Of a stretch of DNA of 64,000 nucleotides, positions 46,900 to 57,182 are shown piece after piece (within the stretch, counting starts at the first letter, position 1; each line of letters starts with the position of its first letter). The stretch is taken from the NCBI GenBank assembly GCA_043819555.1, contig JBDREQ010000066.1:64001-128000 (forward strand), read 5' to 3'. Under the pieces are notes generated by a model that was not told the DNA's origin, did no database searches, and was given only the letters and a program-made list of their open reading frames with translations. Both the position numbers and the translations under genes were made by a program. The DNA is from Candidatus Zixiibacteriota bacterium (GTDB taxonomy: Bacteria > Zixibacteria > MSB-5A5 > GN15 > JAAZOE01).

Positions 46900-48150
46900 T
46901 TATTTCATATTCTTAACAATCGCTTCGGCGTATTTGGAAGTCGACAGTTTCTTAGCGCCTTTCATCAAACGATGCAGATCGTACGTAACCGTCTTCTTCT
47001 GAATCGTTTTTTCAATCGCCTTGACAACCATTGTCGCCGCTTTATCCCAGCCGAGATACTCAAGCATCATCACGCCGGAAAGAATCAGCGATCCCGGATT
47101 GACCATGTCTTTGTCGGCGTACTTCGGCGCGGTGCCGTGAGTCGCCTCAAAGAGACCGACAAAATCGCCGATATTAGCGCCGGGAGCCATTCCCAGTCCG
47201 CCCACCTGCGCGGCGGCGGCATCGGACATATAATCGCCGTTAAGATTCGGCGTCGCGATAATATCGTATTCATCGGTGCGGGTCAGAATCTGCTGGAACA
47301 TCGAATCGGCAATGCGATCCTTAATGACAATTTTGCCTTTCGGCTGTTTGCCTTTGTATTTGCTCCAAAGTTGATCCTCGGTGATGGTCTTTTTCGGAAA
47401 TTCTTTCGCCGCCAGTTTATAACCCCAGTCACGGAAGGCACCCTCGGTGTATTTCATGATGTTGCCTTTGTGCATCAGCGTTACCGATTTCAGCTTGCGT
47501 TCTATGGCATACTGAATCGCTTTGCGGACGAGGTTATTGGTGTTCCTTACCGAAATCGGTTTGATACCGATACCCGAATCGAGGCGAATGTTGCATTTCA
47601 TGTTCTTATTGATCCAGTTAATAACCTTCAGGGCTTCTTTGGTGCCTTTGCGCCATTCGATTCCGGAATAAACATCTTCGGTATTCTCACGGAAAATACA
47701 GATATCCATTTTTTCCGGAGCCTTGACGGGCGATGGTACGCCTTTAAAATATCTAACCGGACGCACGCAGGCATACAAATCGAGAACCTGGCGAAGAGTT
47801 ACATTAAGCGAACGAAAACCGCCGCCAACGGGAGTGGTCAGAGGACCCTTGAGCGCGACATAATAATATTTAATAGCGTCAAAAGTTTCCTGCGGAATCC
47901 ACTCTTTATAAATGCGGTTGGCGTTTTCACCGGCATAGACATCCATCCAGGCGATTTTCTTTTTGCCCTTATATGCCTTCTCAACGGCGGCATCAAGAAC
48001 GACGCGAGTCGCCTTCATGATGTCGCGGCCGATACCATCCCCTTCGATAACCGGAATAATCGGTCTGTTGGGGATGCTGAGTTTTTTATTCTTGATTGTT
48101 ATTCGCTGTCCGGTTTCGGGAATCTTAATATGTTTATATTTTGGTGCCAC
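46900..48150 (-). CDS. icd: Isocitrate dehydrogenase (homodimeric, E. coli type)
   Basis: [50 protein letters not shown] and [11 protein letters not shown]. Confidence 0.97.
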   Translation of the reverse strand: MAPKYKHIKIPETGQRITIKNKKLSIPNRPIIPVIEGDGIGRDIMKATRVVLDAAVEKAYKGKKKIAWMDVYAGENANRIYKEWIPQETFDAIKYYYVALKGPLTTPVGGGFRSLNVTLRQVLDLYACVRPVRYFKGVPSPVKAPEKMDICIFRENTEDVYSGIEWRKGTKEALKVINWINKNMKCNIRLDSGIGIKPISVRNTNNLVRKAIQYAIERKLKSVTLMHKGNIMKYTEGAFRDWGYKLAAKEFPKKTITEDQLWSKYKGKQPKGKIVIKDRIADSMFQQILTRTDEYDIIATPNLNGDYMSDAAAAQVGGLGMAPGANIGDFVGLFEATHGTAPKYADKDMVNPGSLILSGVMMLEYLGWDKAATMVVKAIEKTIQKKTVTYDLHRLMKGAKKLSTSKYAEAIVKNMK

Positions 48151-48163
48151 AATTATCCTCCGT

Positions 48164-49090
48164 TTAATAACCGATTTCCTTCAAAACGCCGCCATATTTC
48201 TCGGCCGATGTCTGCAGGTCCTTCATTTCGCCTTTGGTCAGGGTTAGTTCAATTACTTTTTCCACACCGTTGGCGCCGAGAACTGCCGGGACGCCGATGT
48301 AGATATTTTTGATTCCGTACTGGCCGTTCAGGTAACACGAACAAGGCAGTAAGCGTTTTTCGTCGCATAGAATTGAGCGCGCCATCTGAACCGAGGCCGC
48401 CGCTGGGGCGTAATAAGCCGAACCGGTTTTGAGCAGTTTGACGATTTCTCCACCGCCGAAACGAGTGCGCTCAGAAATTTCTTTGATCCGTTTGGCATCA
48501 ATCAATTCCTTGATTGGAATTCCGGCTACGGTTGTATATCTGGGAAGCGGAACCATGGTATCTCCATGCCCGCCGAGGACCATGGCCTGAACGTCGGTAT
48601 AGGCAACGCCAAGTTCCATGGCAATAAAAGCCCGGAAACGCGTCGAATCCAGAACGCCAGCCTGACCGCAAACACGATTCTGCGGGAAACCGGTGGATTT
48701 CCACATGTGATAAGTCATAATATCGAGAGGATTGGAAACGACAATAACGTATGATTGAGGCGCATATTTTTTAATATTCTTGCCGGCATCGCCTACAATT
48801 TTGGCATTCATGTTTAAAAGATCTTCACGTGACATGCCGGGTTTCCGAGCCAATCCGGCAGTCATGATGACAATATCCGCGCCCTTGATATCTTTATAAT
48901 CGTTACTGCCGGTTACCATGCCATTGTAACCGCGGACAGGCGCCGCTTGTGTCAGATCAAGAGCTTTCCCTTGAGGAAATCCCTCGATAATATCAATCAT
49001 GACTACTTCGGCCAGATTTGTTTCCGCGGCATACTGTGCCACCGAAGCGCCAACATTTCCGGCCCCGATAACTGCGATTTTCTTGTTCAT
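48164..49090 (-). CDS. mdh: Malate dehydrogenase (LDH-like)
   Basis: [30 protein letters not shown] and GSAYYAP. Confidence 0.95.
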   Translation of the reverse strand: MNKKIAVIGAGNVGASVAQYAAETNLAEVVMIDIIEGFPQGKALDLTQAAPVRGYNGMVTGSNDYKDIKGADIVIMTAGLARKPGMSREDLLNMNAKIVGDAGKNIKKYAPQSYVIVVSNPLDIMTYHMWKSTGFPQNRVCGQAGVLDSTRFRAFIAMELGVAYTDVQAMVLGGHGDTMVPLPRYTTVAGIPIKELIDAKRIKEISERTRFGGGEIVKLLKTGSAYYAPAAASVQMARSILCDEKRLLPCSCYLNGQYGIKNIYIGVPAVLGANGVEKVIELTLTKGEMKDLQTSAEKYGGVLKEIGY

Positions 49091-49116
49091 TAATTGCCTC
49101 CGATTCTATTTGTTTA

Positions 49117-50343
49117 TTAGTCCAATTTTACGACCATGTGTCCGGCATCACGGACAATCAATATATTTAAATTTTCTTTTTGTTTTCTTAGTTTTTGGAT
49201 TTCGGCATCAATTGATACCGCCGGTTCCCAAAAAACCTGTTTGACTATTTCATGTTTCAGGCCGGTCAGCGCTTTTACATTGATCCGTTTTGACATCATG
49301 ACAATGCGCGACAGTTTGTGAATCCCCATCGGCGGATTATCCATCGCGGCGTGCGAAAGGACCATATCTTCATCAGATAACTTGCTTGCCAATCGATAAA
49401 ATTCATCATTTCCAATCCCTTCATTACAAGAGGAAACGGCTAATATCGTTCCCCCATCGGCAACAGCCATCTGACAATTTTCGACAGCTTTCTGAAGTTG
49501 GTAGAGATTTCTGTCAAGCGGTGGGCGCATCTCGGCGATAACAAGATCAAATGGATGAGGTGATTTATGGGCGTATAAATCTTCCACGATCGCAACCGCT
49601 TCTTCAAAAGAGGATTTCAATTCTCCGGCAAAAGCATCAATTATTTCATGCTTGCGATTCAAAACTAATTGAATCGAAATCAACGGCGGCAGGGAAACGC
49701 CATCAATTAAGTACTGCAAATTTTCCGCCATCGGGTTGCCAGTTAGCCGCAACGGCTGCGCGTCCAGTGAAATCGCGTGGGCGTGATTGCGCCGAATTGT
49801 CTCAAAATCAGCCAAACCCGGTATAATAGATTTGCGGCCTCCGGTAAAGCCGGCGAAGTAGTGAGGTTCAACCGATCCAATAACCATGATTGACGGGTAT
49901 TCAAAAAGAAGTCTGTTAAGGTAGATTGGATTCCCGCTAAACTCTCCCGAATTCTGCATTGTTTCAGGACCCCGAGAATCGTGAACGAATATCTTTTCGT
50001 TATCGTTACGATTATAACCGTTGAAGATTTGGCTAATTTCTTCTTCATCGGGAACCGGATGGTTGCCCGTCGCGATCACATAATCGGCCTGAAAATCAGG
50101 ATACCATTTTTTGAGTTGAGAAAGAACAATTCCGGTTGGCGTCGGGCGAAAAGCATCATTAACAATCACCATGAGTCGATTTTTTGTTAAATCTTCAAAG
50201 CCGGCAATCTTTAGCCGTTCGAGAAATACCGATTCATTCAGAAGCGGCACGTCATCGGACGGCTCAGCTATAATTAATGTATCTCCTGACTCAATCGAGA
50301 ATGAATGTTCTTCATTCCCGAACGCAACCGAAGGCATATTCAC
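49117..50343 (-). CDS. LarA-family nickel-pincer racemase/epimerase
   Basis: NDAFRPTP, ATGNH, EPHYFAGFTGGRKSIIPG, NH, LYQLQKA and GIHK. Confidence 0.85.
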   Translation of the reverse strand: MNMPSVAFGNEEHSFSIESGDTLIIAEPSDDVPLLNESVFLERLKIAGFEDLTKNRLMVIVNDAFRPTPTGIVLSQLKKWYPDFQADYVIATGNHPVPDEEEISQIFNGYNRNDNEKIFVHDSRGPETMQNSGEFSGNPIYLNRLLFEYPSIMVIGSVEPHYFAGFTGGRKSIIPGLADFETIRRNHAHAISLDAQPLRLTGNPMAENLQYLIDGVSLPPLISIQLVLNRKHEIIDAFAGELKSSFEEAVAIVEDLYAHKSPHPFDLVIAEMRPPLDRNLYQLQKAVENCQMAVADGGTILAVSSCNEGIGNDEFYRLASKLSDEDMVLSHAAMDNPPMGIHKLSRIVMMSKRINVKALTGLKHEIVKQVFWEPAVSIDAEIQKLRKQKENLNILIVRDAGHMVVKLD

Positions 50344-50742
50344 CTATGCGAAGAAAAACGGAATCTCGACCGCAGTCGATTCCTTAGAATCAGAAGCATG
50401 AACCGAGTTCCGTTGTTTATCAATTCCGATCTCGTCGCGTAATGTCCCACAATCGGCTTCGGCGGGATCGGTGGCGCCAATAAATGTTCTCAAATCTACA
50501 ATCGCATTATCTTTTTCAAGTACCATGGGGACAATTCGCCCGGATGACATATAATCAGTCAAAGCATCATAGAAGGCGCGTTCCCTGTGGACGAAATAAA
50601 ACTTTCCGGCATCCTCCTTGGAAAGCTTTACCATTTTCAATTCAACTATAGTAAAGCCAACCTTTTCCAGTCGGCTTATGATATATCCTATCAAGTTTCT
50701 TTCCGTCGCGTCCGGCTTGATTATCAATAATGTTCGTTCCAC
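50344..50742 (-). CDS. ndk: Nucleoside diphosphate kinase
   Basis: ERTLLIIKPDA, GATDP..GTLR and NSVHASDS. Confidence 0.96.
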   Translation of the reverse strand: MERTLLIIKPDATERNLIGYIISRLEKVGFTIVELKMVKLSKEDAGKFYFVHRERAFYDALTDYMSSGRIVPMVLEKDNAIVDLRTFIGATDPAEADCGTLRDEIGIDKQRNSVHASDSKESTAVEIPFFFA

Positions 50743-50744
50743 TA

Positions 50745-51350
50745 TTATCCCTGAGGCGGCCTGACTTTTTTGGCGAGTTTAAATCCGATTTCCAGGGCTT
50801 TAAGGTTTTTCTCTTCAGTGCCTTTGGGGGCGCGCTCTTTAACGACTTTTCTAATCGCATCGCGGGAGACGATTTGAGTTAATTCGACGATTACACCCAG
50901 AGCCATCACATTGGCGACCATCGGATGGCCGACCTGTTCACGGGCGGTGCGAATAAATGGAAATCCGTAGCTGTTTTTAATCGGAATCTTAGTGACCATA
51001 TTCGATTCGACAATGAGAATTCCATCGGATTTCAAATCCTTATAGTATTTGTCGCAAGCTTCCTGAGTAAAAGCCAAAAGCAGGTCAAGCTTCATCGTTT
51101 TGGGATAATAAACTTCCTCCCTGGAAATTACGACATCAGCGCGGCTGGCGCCTCCGCGCGCTTCCGGGCCATAACTTTGTGTCTGAACGACATTAAACTT
51201 CGGTTCTGAAGCAGTAGCCTGGGCCAATAAAATAGCCGCCAAAATGACGCCGTGTCCTCCGGATCCGGAGATTCGGATTTCATAGCGATCATCTGAAGGC
51301 GATTTTTTCTTTTTATTTTTCTGCGCCTTGTCTTGAGTAGTCGTAGACAT
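50745..51350 (-). CDS. korC: 2-oxoglutarate:ferredoxin oxidoreductase gamma subunit
   Basis: ISGSGGHGVILA, QSYGPEARGGASR and NVMALG. Confidence 0.88.
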   Translation of the reverse strand: MSTTTQDKAQKNKKKKSPSDDRYEIRISGSGGHGVILAAILLAQATASEPKFNVVQTQSYGPEARGGASRADVVISREEVYYPKTMKLDLLLAFTQEACDKYYKDLKSDGILIVESNMVTKIPIKNSYGFPFIRTAREQVGHPMVANVMALGVIVELTQIVSRDAIRKVVKERAPKGTEEKNLKALEIGFKLAKKVRPPQG

Positions 51351-51351
51351 A

Positions 51352-52197
51352 TCAGTCTCGCCCTTCTTTCTGGAATCTTTGAATTATTTTTTCGTATTCC
51401 TCGCAGAATTCCGGTTTTTCAATATCCCATAGAACACCCGTCAAAAACTTGCCTTCCAGTTTTTCGGGCGGAAGAGATTTTGCCGCTTTGATCGGCATCG
51501 CATGCGCCTTCATCCATTTGAGCATTGCCACAGCATCGCCTTCTTTATTCATGCGGCCATAGTATGTATGACAGTTTGACACCGCTTCGACCAATGAGAA
51601 ACCTTTCTTTTCGAGGGCGCCAATAATCAGTTTATCGAGTTGCTGGACGTGATAAACGGTTCCACGGGCAATATATGTTGCTCCCGCGCCTTTGGCCAGA
51701 TGGGCAGTATCGAAGTTATTTTCCACGTTGCCATAGGGCGCCGTAGTGGCAAATGATTGCGATGGCGTTGCCGGACTGCATTGACCGCCGGTCATGCCAT
51801 AAATCTGGTTGTTTATCAAAATTGTTGTGATATCAATATTGCGACGACAGGCATGAATAAAATGATTGCCGCCAATTGCCATCCCATCGCCATCGCCGGT
51901 GACAACAATGACTTTCAGATTGGGTTTGGCCAGTTTGACGCCAGTCGCGAAACCAATCGCCCGGCCATGCGTCGTATGCAGGGTATTGAAATCACAATAG
52001 ACCGGAAGGCGGCTGCTGCAGCCTATTCCGGACACAAGCGCGATATCACTTTTGCGATATTCCAATTTATCGATAGCGCGGATGATTGATCCCATAACCG
52101 TTCCAATGCCGCAACCCGGGCACCAGACGTTGGGAAAATTCTTCTTTACCCTTAAATACTGATGGGTAACATCCGAAGCTTGTATTGTGCCGGGCAT
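51352..52197 (-). CDS. korB: 2-oxoglutarate:ferredoxin oxidoreductase beta subunit
   Basis: WCPGCG, SGIGCSSR, HTTHGR, GDGD and IYGMTGGQ. Confidence 0.92.
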   Translation of the reverse strand: MPGTIQASDVTHQYLRVKKNFPNVWCPGCGIGTVMGSIIRAIDKLEYRKSDIALVSGIGCSSRLPVYCDFNTLHTTHGRAIGFATGVKLAKPNLKVIVVTGDGDGMAIGGNHFIHACRRNIDITTILINNQIYGMTGGQCSPATPSQSFATTAPYGNVENNFDTAHLAKGAGATYIARGTVYHVQQLDKLIIGALEKKGFSLVEAVSNCHTYYGRMNKEGDAVAMLKWMKAHAMPIKAAKSLPPEKLEGKFLTGVLWDIEKPEFCEEYEKIIQRFQKEGRD

Positions 52198-53342
52198 TAT
52201 TTCACCTCCACTATTTTCTTGAAAATTTCAACCGGGTTGAGAACTTCGCCGTCGTAGCGGTTAAGCTGTTCGACTTTGCAACTGCGCGGGGCGATTCGTT
52301 TTATCTCGTTGACCAATTGACCCATATTCAATTCCACGACGAGAATTTTGCGGGCGTGCGCCAAATGTTCTCGTATCTGGTCATCGGGAAACGGCCATAT
52401 GGTAATGGGGCGAATTAAACCGGCATGAATTCTTTTTTCGCGGGCCATATGCACGGCCTGTCGAGCCGCCCGGGCGGCAATGCCATAGGCAAAGACGCAT
52501 ATGCTGGCATCCTCTGTCATTTCTGTTTCGAGTTGAACGATTTCGTCCGTGAAACGCATAATCTTATTGCGAATTTTATCCAGTTTTTGCTGGATCTCTA
52601 CCGGTTTGGCTGTCGGAAATCCTTCCGGGTCGTGAGTCAATCCGGTAACATGAAATCTGTAACCATCGCCATAACCTGCCATGGGAGAAACCAGGCTGGG
52701 GGTTATTTCATAATGATGATACCATTCTGAGGGAACATCCGGTTTTTCGCGATTGATAACTTCCAATTCGCCTTCTTCCGGCAATGTAATTGCTTCGCGC
52801 ATGTGGCCGATAACTTCATCGGTCAGAATTGTGACCGGAGTGCGAAATCGTTCGGCAAAATTGAAAGCTTTTACAGTTTGCTCAAAACACTCCCTGACAG
52901 AAGCCGGGGCAACCGAAATTGCCGTATAATCGCCATGAGTTCCCCAGCGAGCCTGCATCGTATCGGATTGAGAAACTTTGGTGGGAAGTCCCGTAGAAGG
53001 TCCGCCTCTTTGGACGTCAACGATGACGCAAGGAGTTTCGGTAATATAGGCATAGCCGATATTTTCCTGCATCAGCGAAAATCCCGGACCGCTGGTCGCG
53101 GTCATTGATTTGACGCCCGCGATTGAGGCTCCTATAACCGCGGCCATGGAACCAATTTCATCTTCCATTTGAATAAAACGACCGCCGTACTTGGGGAGCA
53201 TTCGAGCCATCCCTTCGGCCACTTCAGTCGAAGGAGTAATCGGGTATCCGCCGAAGAAGCGGCATCCAGCATAAATCGCGGCGAGTGCGCAGGCCTCATT
53301 ACCCTGGATTAACTTTCGAACGGAATTTTTATTATTTGACAT
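52197..53342 (-). CDS. korA: 2-oxoglutarate:ferredoxin oxidoreductase alpha subunit
   Basis: GNEACA, YPITPSTE, QMEDEI, TSGPGFSLMQE and QRGGPSTGLPT. Confidence 0.92.
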   Translation of the reverse strand: MSNNKNSVRKLIQGNEACALAAIYAGCRFFGGYPITPSTEVAEGMARMLPKYGGRFIQMEDEIGSMAAVIGASIAGVKSMTATSGPGFSLMQENIGYAYITETPCVIVDVQRGGPSTGLPTKVSQSDTMQARWGTHGDYTAISVAPASVRECFEQTVKAFNFAERFRTPVTILTDEVIGHMREAITLPEEGELEVINREKPDVPSEWYHHYEITPSLVSPMAGYGDGYRFHVTGLTHDPEGFPTAKPVEIQQKLDKIRNKIMRFTDEIVQLETEMTEDASICVFAYGIAARAARQAVHMAREKRIHAGLIRPITIWPFPDDQIREHLAHARKILVVELNMGQLVNEIKRIAPRSCKVEQLNRYDGEVLNPVEIFKKIVEVK

Positions 53343-53352
53343 TACACCATCC

Positions 53353-53628
53353 TCACTTGTAGTTCGATGTTATAACAAAATCAGGGTAATGCAGCCAGCA
53401 AATGGCACACTGCGTACACTGTTCAGGTCTGGCCAGTATCGGTTTGCCGTCCCGGTCAGGGTCAAAGACGTTCTGGGGACAAAACGCGATACAGATATTG
53501 CAGGCCTTACACCAGTGCAGATATAGGTTTAAAGGAGGGAGGCCTTTGCCTTCCTGATAAGGATACTTAATCTTTATTTCCTCAGTTGTTTCTTTGGAAG
53601 ACTGACCTTTTGTTTTTTCCTCAGCCAT
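53353..53628 (-). CDS. korD: Ferredoxin-like delta subunit (last Cys replaced by Tyr)
   Basis: CKACNICIAFCP and CTQCAICWLHYP. Confidence 0.85.
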   Translation of the reverse strand: MAEEKTKGQSSKETTEEIKIKYPYQEGKGLPPLNLYLHWCKACNICIAFCPQNVFDPDRDGKPILARPEQCTQCAICWLHYPDFVITSNYK

Positions 53629-53659
53629 GATGTACTCCTGGGTAATCACTGCGTGATAT

Positions 53660-54631
53660 TTATTTTTTTCTGGCGGCTGCTTTTTTGATCTTCTTAGCGG
53701 CCGTCTTTTTTACTGTTTTCTTAGTTGTTTTCTTGGCGGCTCCCTTTTTCGGCATCTTCTTCCCTTTCAGTTTTTCGGCCAAAAGACCGGGTAAATCCAG
53801 CGGAGAGGTTGCAACAGGGATTCCAGCTTTATTCAGGGCAGTCACCTTATCAGCGGCAGTACCCGAAGAGCCGGAAATAATGGCACCGGCGTGTCCCATC
53901 CTTTTTCCGGGAGGCGCTGTTCGTCCGGCGATAAAGGCCACAACTGGTTTAGTCATTTTTTTCTTAATAAAGTTGGCGGCATCTTCTTCGTCCGATCCGC
54001 CGATTTCACCAATCATGACCACGCCTTTGGTTGATGTATCATTTTCGAAGGCCTCAAGGCAATCGATAAAGTTGGTTCCAATAACCTGATCTCCGCCAAT
54101 GCCGATACAGGTTGACTGACCCATTCCTCCAGCGGTAAGGGCGAAAATAACCTCATATGTCAGGGTTCCGCTTCTCGAGACGACCCCAATATTTCCCTTT
54201 TTGCAAATATCACCGGGAATAATGCCAACTTTTGTTAGCCCGGGCGAAATGATGCCGGGGCAATTCGGACCTATTAGACGAATGCCGCGATGCTTGATAT
54301 AGTGATAAACTTTCATCATATCATTCGCTGGAAGTCCTTCCGTAATGCAGACGACGGTTTTTATACCGGCATCAACCGCCTCATAGATAGAATCAGCGGC
54401 GAACGCCGGAGGAACATAAATTACCGATGTATTCGCTTTGGTTTTAGCGACAGCAGCTGCGACGTTATTAAATACGGGTATTCCCGCGACTTTTGTCCCG
54501 CCTTTTCCCGGGGTAACGCCGGCAACGACATTGGTTCCATATTTTTTCATTTGCTGAGCATGAAAAGAACCATCACGGCCGGTAATCCCCTGGACAATGA
54601 CTTTGGATTTTTTATCTACAAAAATAGCCAT
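53660..54631 (-). CDS. sucD: Succinyl-CoA synthetase alpha subunit with Lys-rich C-terminal tail
   Basis: [21 protein letters not shown] and RMGHAGAI. Confidence 0.96.
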   Translation of the reverse strand: MAIFVDKKSKVIVQGITGRDGSFHAQQMKKYGTNVVAGVTPGKGGTKVAGIPVFNNVAAAVAKTKANTSVIYVPPAFAADSIYEAVDAGIKTVVCITEGLPANDMMKVYHYIKHRGIRLIGPNCPGIISPGLTKVGIIPGDICKKGNIGVVSRSGTLTYEVIFALTAGGMGQSTCIGIGGDQVIGTNFIDCLEAFENDTSTKGVVMIGEIGGSDEEDAANFIKKKMTKPVVAFIAGRTAPPGKRMGHAGAIISGSSGTAADKVTALNKAGIPVATSPLDLPGLLAEKLKGKKMPKKGAAKKTTKKTVKKTAAKKIKKAAARKK

Positions 54632-54640
54632 AATTTCCTC

Positions 54641-55783
54641 CTATCCCTCATTCAGTCCGGCCAGTTTGATTGCCTTTTGCACAACCGCATCAAGAGTCGG
54701 AGCGGTCGGCAAATTAATTTCCTTCATGATTTTTCTGGCGGCGCCCTCGTTGGTACCGGTCAGACGAGTCACCACCGGTACATCCGGGTTCAGCTCTTTG
54801 AAGGCAGCCACGATACCAGTGGCAACGTCATCGCAGCGAGTAATTCCGCCAAAAATATTTATCAGGATAGCTTTTACATTGGGGTCGCCAAGAATGATTT
54901 TCATGGCCTTAAGCACTTTGTCCGGATTTGACGAACCGCCGATATCGAGGAAATTGGCCGGATCGCCGCCATAATGTTTGACCAAATCCATGGTAGCCAT
55001 CGCCAAACCCGCGCCGTTAACTATACATCCAATATTGCCATCCAGTTTAATAAACGATAGCCCGGCTTCGCGGGCTTCAACTTCGGCGGGAATTTCGGCA
55101 TCAATATCGCGCATGGCTTCGATTTCCTTAAGACGAAACAGGCCATTATCGTCAATATTAAGCTTGGCGTCAATAGCAATAACCTGATTTATGGGAGTTG
55201 TAATTAAGGGATTAATTTCCACCAGGGAGGCGTCAACTTTCCAAAAGACATCATACAATTTCATAATAATATCGGAGACTTGACGAACCAGTTTTATATC
55301 GCGAAAAACTTTGTAGGCCAGATTGCGGGCCTCAAAGGGGCGCAGTCCGACCCGCGGATTAACTGCCAATTTATGGATCTTTTCCGGCGTTTTGGCAGCG
55401 ACCTCCTCAATGTCGATCCCGCCCGCGGCAGAAATCATTATCACCGGCATTTTGGTCGCGCGATCAAGAATTATCCCCAAATACGTTTCGGAAGTAATAT
55501 CAACGGCTTCCGTAATTAAAACCTTTTTTACCGGAAGGCCCTTAATATCCATACCGAGAATGCTCTGGGCCCAAATTTTCACGGCTTCAAGGTTTTCTGC
55601 GTATTTAACACCTCCGGCTTTGCCTCTTCCGCCAACATGCACTTGAGCTTTTACCATCACCGGACGAGCCAAATTTTCGGCAATTTCAATGGCTTCTTGT
55701 ACAGTCGTGGCTATTTTTCCTTGCGGAACGGGAATTCCTGCCGCATGGAAAATTTCCTTTGCCTGATATTCATGAACTTTCAT
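54641..55783 (-). CDS. sucC: Succinyl-CoA synthetase beta subunit
   Basis: HEYQAK, KAQVHVGGRGKAGGV, NGAGLAMATMD and NIFGGITRCD. Confidence 0.96.
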   Translation of the reverse strand: MKVHEYQAKEIFHAAGIPVPQGKIATTVQEAIEIAENLARPVMVKAQVHVGGRGKAGGVKYAENLEAVKIWAQSILGMDIKGLPVKKVLITEAVDITSETYLGIILDRATKMPVIMISAAGGIDIEEVAAKTPEKIHKLAVNPRVGLRPFEARNLAYKVFRDIKLVRQVSDIIMKLYDVFWKVDASLVEINPLITTPINQVIAIDAKLNIDDNGLFRLKEIEAMRDIDAEIPAEVEAREAGLSFIKLDGNIGCIVNGAGLAMATMDLVKHYGGDPANFLDIGGSSNPDKVLKAMKIILGDPNVKAILINIFGGITRCDDVATGIVAAFKELNPDVPVVTRLTGTNEGAARKIMKEINLPTAPTLDAVVQKAIKLAGLNEG

Positions 55784-55816
55784 CAAACAGCTCCAATGGT
55801 TATATCTATTCCAAAA

Positions 55817-57178
55817 TTATTTATTTTCCAAATACTCCCGGGCATATTTTAACAAAATCTCCGATGTATTGTCATCCGGATTATCTAAAACCTTTTCCAG
55901 AAGATAATCGATTACATCCCCAATAACCGGCGATTCATCCATATTGAATTCACGCTGCAGGTCATTTCCATCTATTTTTAAATCAGAGCGTCCAAATGGC
56001 GACTTGCGATCAATTTCTTCTTTGATAGCTTGTTCCATCACGTCAACATCTTCGGTGGTTCCGCCCATCCCCTGGGCAATGACATCGGCCCGGCGAAGAT
56101 CCAGCAAATCAGGAATCAATCGCTGGCCAATGCGACGAATGAAGCGCCGGAGACCTTTAGGGCTGACACCAGTAGTGAACATGTGGCGATCGACAAGAAG
56201 CGTCACATCATTAATCAAATCATTTGAATAGCGCAGTCGTTTCAAAACTTCCCCGGCAACTTTTGCGCCCGAACCTTCATGTCCATAAAATGTCACCCCC
56301 GTATCTGTTGCACGCTTATGTTCTGCTTTGGTAATGTCATGGAACAGAGCGGCCAATCTCAGCGCCAGTCTTGGAGGGCAAGCGTCAACTATATGCATCG
56401 TATGTTCAAAGACATCATAGGCATGAAATCCGCCGGGCTGTTCGCACCCCACAGCAGATAATAACTCAGGAAAAATATATTCCAGCAGGCCGCATTTCTC
56501 CATTAACCTCAAACCTATCGATGGTTTTTCGGCGAGTAGGAACATTTTATTCAATTCTTCGGCTATGCGCTCGGGAGAAACCGTTTCAATTAAATGGGCG
56601 TTATCTTTCATTGATTGAAAAGTTGCCGCTTCAATTTCAAATTCAAATCTGGCTGCGAATTGAACGGCACGCAATATCCGCAGGGGATCATCAGTGAATG
56701 AATTTTCGGAAACGACCCGAATAGTTTTTTTCTTAATATCAATCTGTCCGCCAAAGGGATCAATTATCGAATCATCGGCCAGACTACGGGCCATGGCGTT
56801 AATGGAAAAATCGCGGCGCATTAAATCTTTTTCAATCGGCAAATCGGGATCAAAATCGATATCGAAATCGGTATGCGCCGGGCCGGTCGATATTTCGGCG
56901 CGGGGGAGCGAGAGATCATAAGTGATGGGAACGGTTGATTTTTCAGATTTCTTATGGGGAGTAAATTTAATTACTCCAAAAGAACGGCCCACCAGATCGA
57001 CCCGGCCATGCTTAAGCAATAATTTCCGAAGACGTTCAAACGGTATTCCGGATACAAGATAATCGCGATCCTTCATCCCTATCGTTCGATTCATTAAGGA
57101 ATCGCGGACGCATCCGCCAACTTCGTAAATCTGTCCTTCCCGTAAGATTTCCTGCACTATGTTATCCTTCAAATGCAA
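55817..57178 (-). CDS. cca: CCA tRNA nucleotidyltransferase with HD domain
   Basis: VGGCVRD, DRD, DLMRRDFSINAMA, DDPLRILRA, DVFEHT and ALFHD. Confidence 0.88.
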   Translation of the reverse strand: MHLKDNIVQEILREGQIYEVGGCVRDSLMNRTIGMKDRDYLVSGIPFERLRKLLLKHGRVDLVGRSFGVIKFTPHKKSEKSTVPITYDLSLPRAEISTGPAHTDFDIDFDPDLPIEKDLMRRDFSINAMARSLADDSIIDPFGGQIDIKKKTIRVVSENSFTDDPLRILRAVQFAARFEFEIEAATFQSMKDNAHLIETVSPERIAEELNKMFLLAEKPSIGLRLMEKCGLLEYIFPELLSAVGCEQPGGFHAYDVFEHTMHIVDACPPRLALRLAALFHDITKAEHKRATDTGVTFYGHEGSGAKVAGEVLKRLRYSNDLINDVTLLVDRHMFTTGVSPKGLRRFIRRIGQRLIPDLLDLRRADVIAQGMGGTTEDVDVMEQAIKEEIDRKSPFGRSDLKIDGNDLQREFNMDESPVIGDVIDYLLEKVLDNPDDNTSEILLKYAREYLENK

Positions 57179-57182
57179 ATTC

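Noticed and set aside
46861..48312. 483-aa ORF on the + strand
   Set aside because: Antisense shadow of icd/mdh arising from codon bias; no recognisable motifs.
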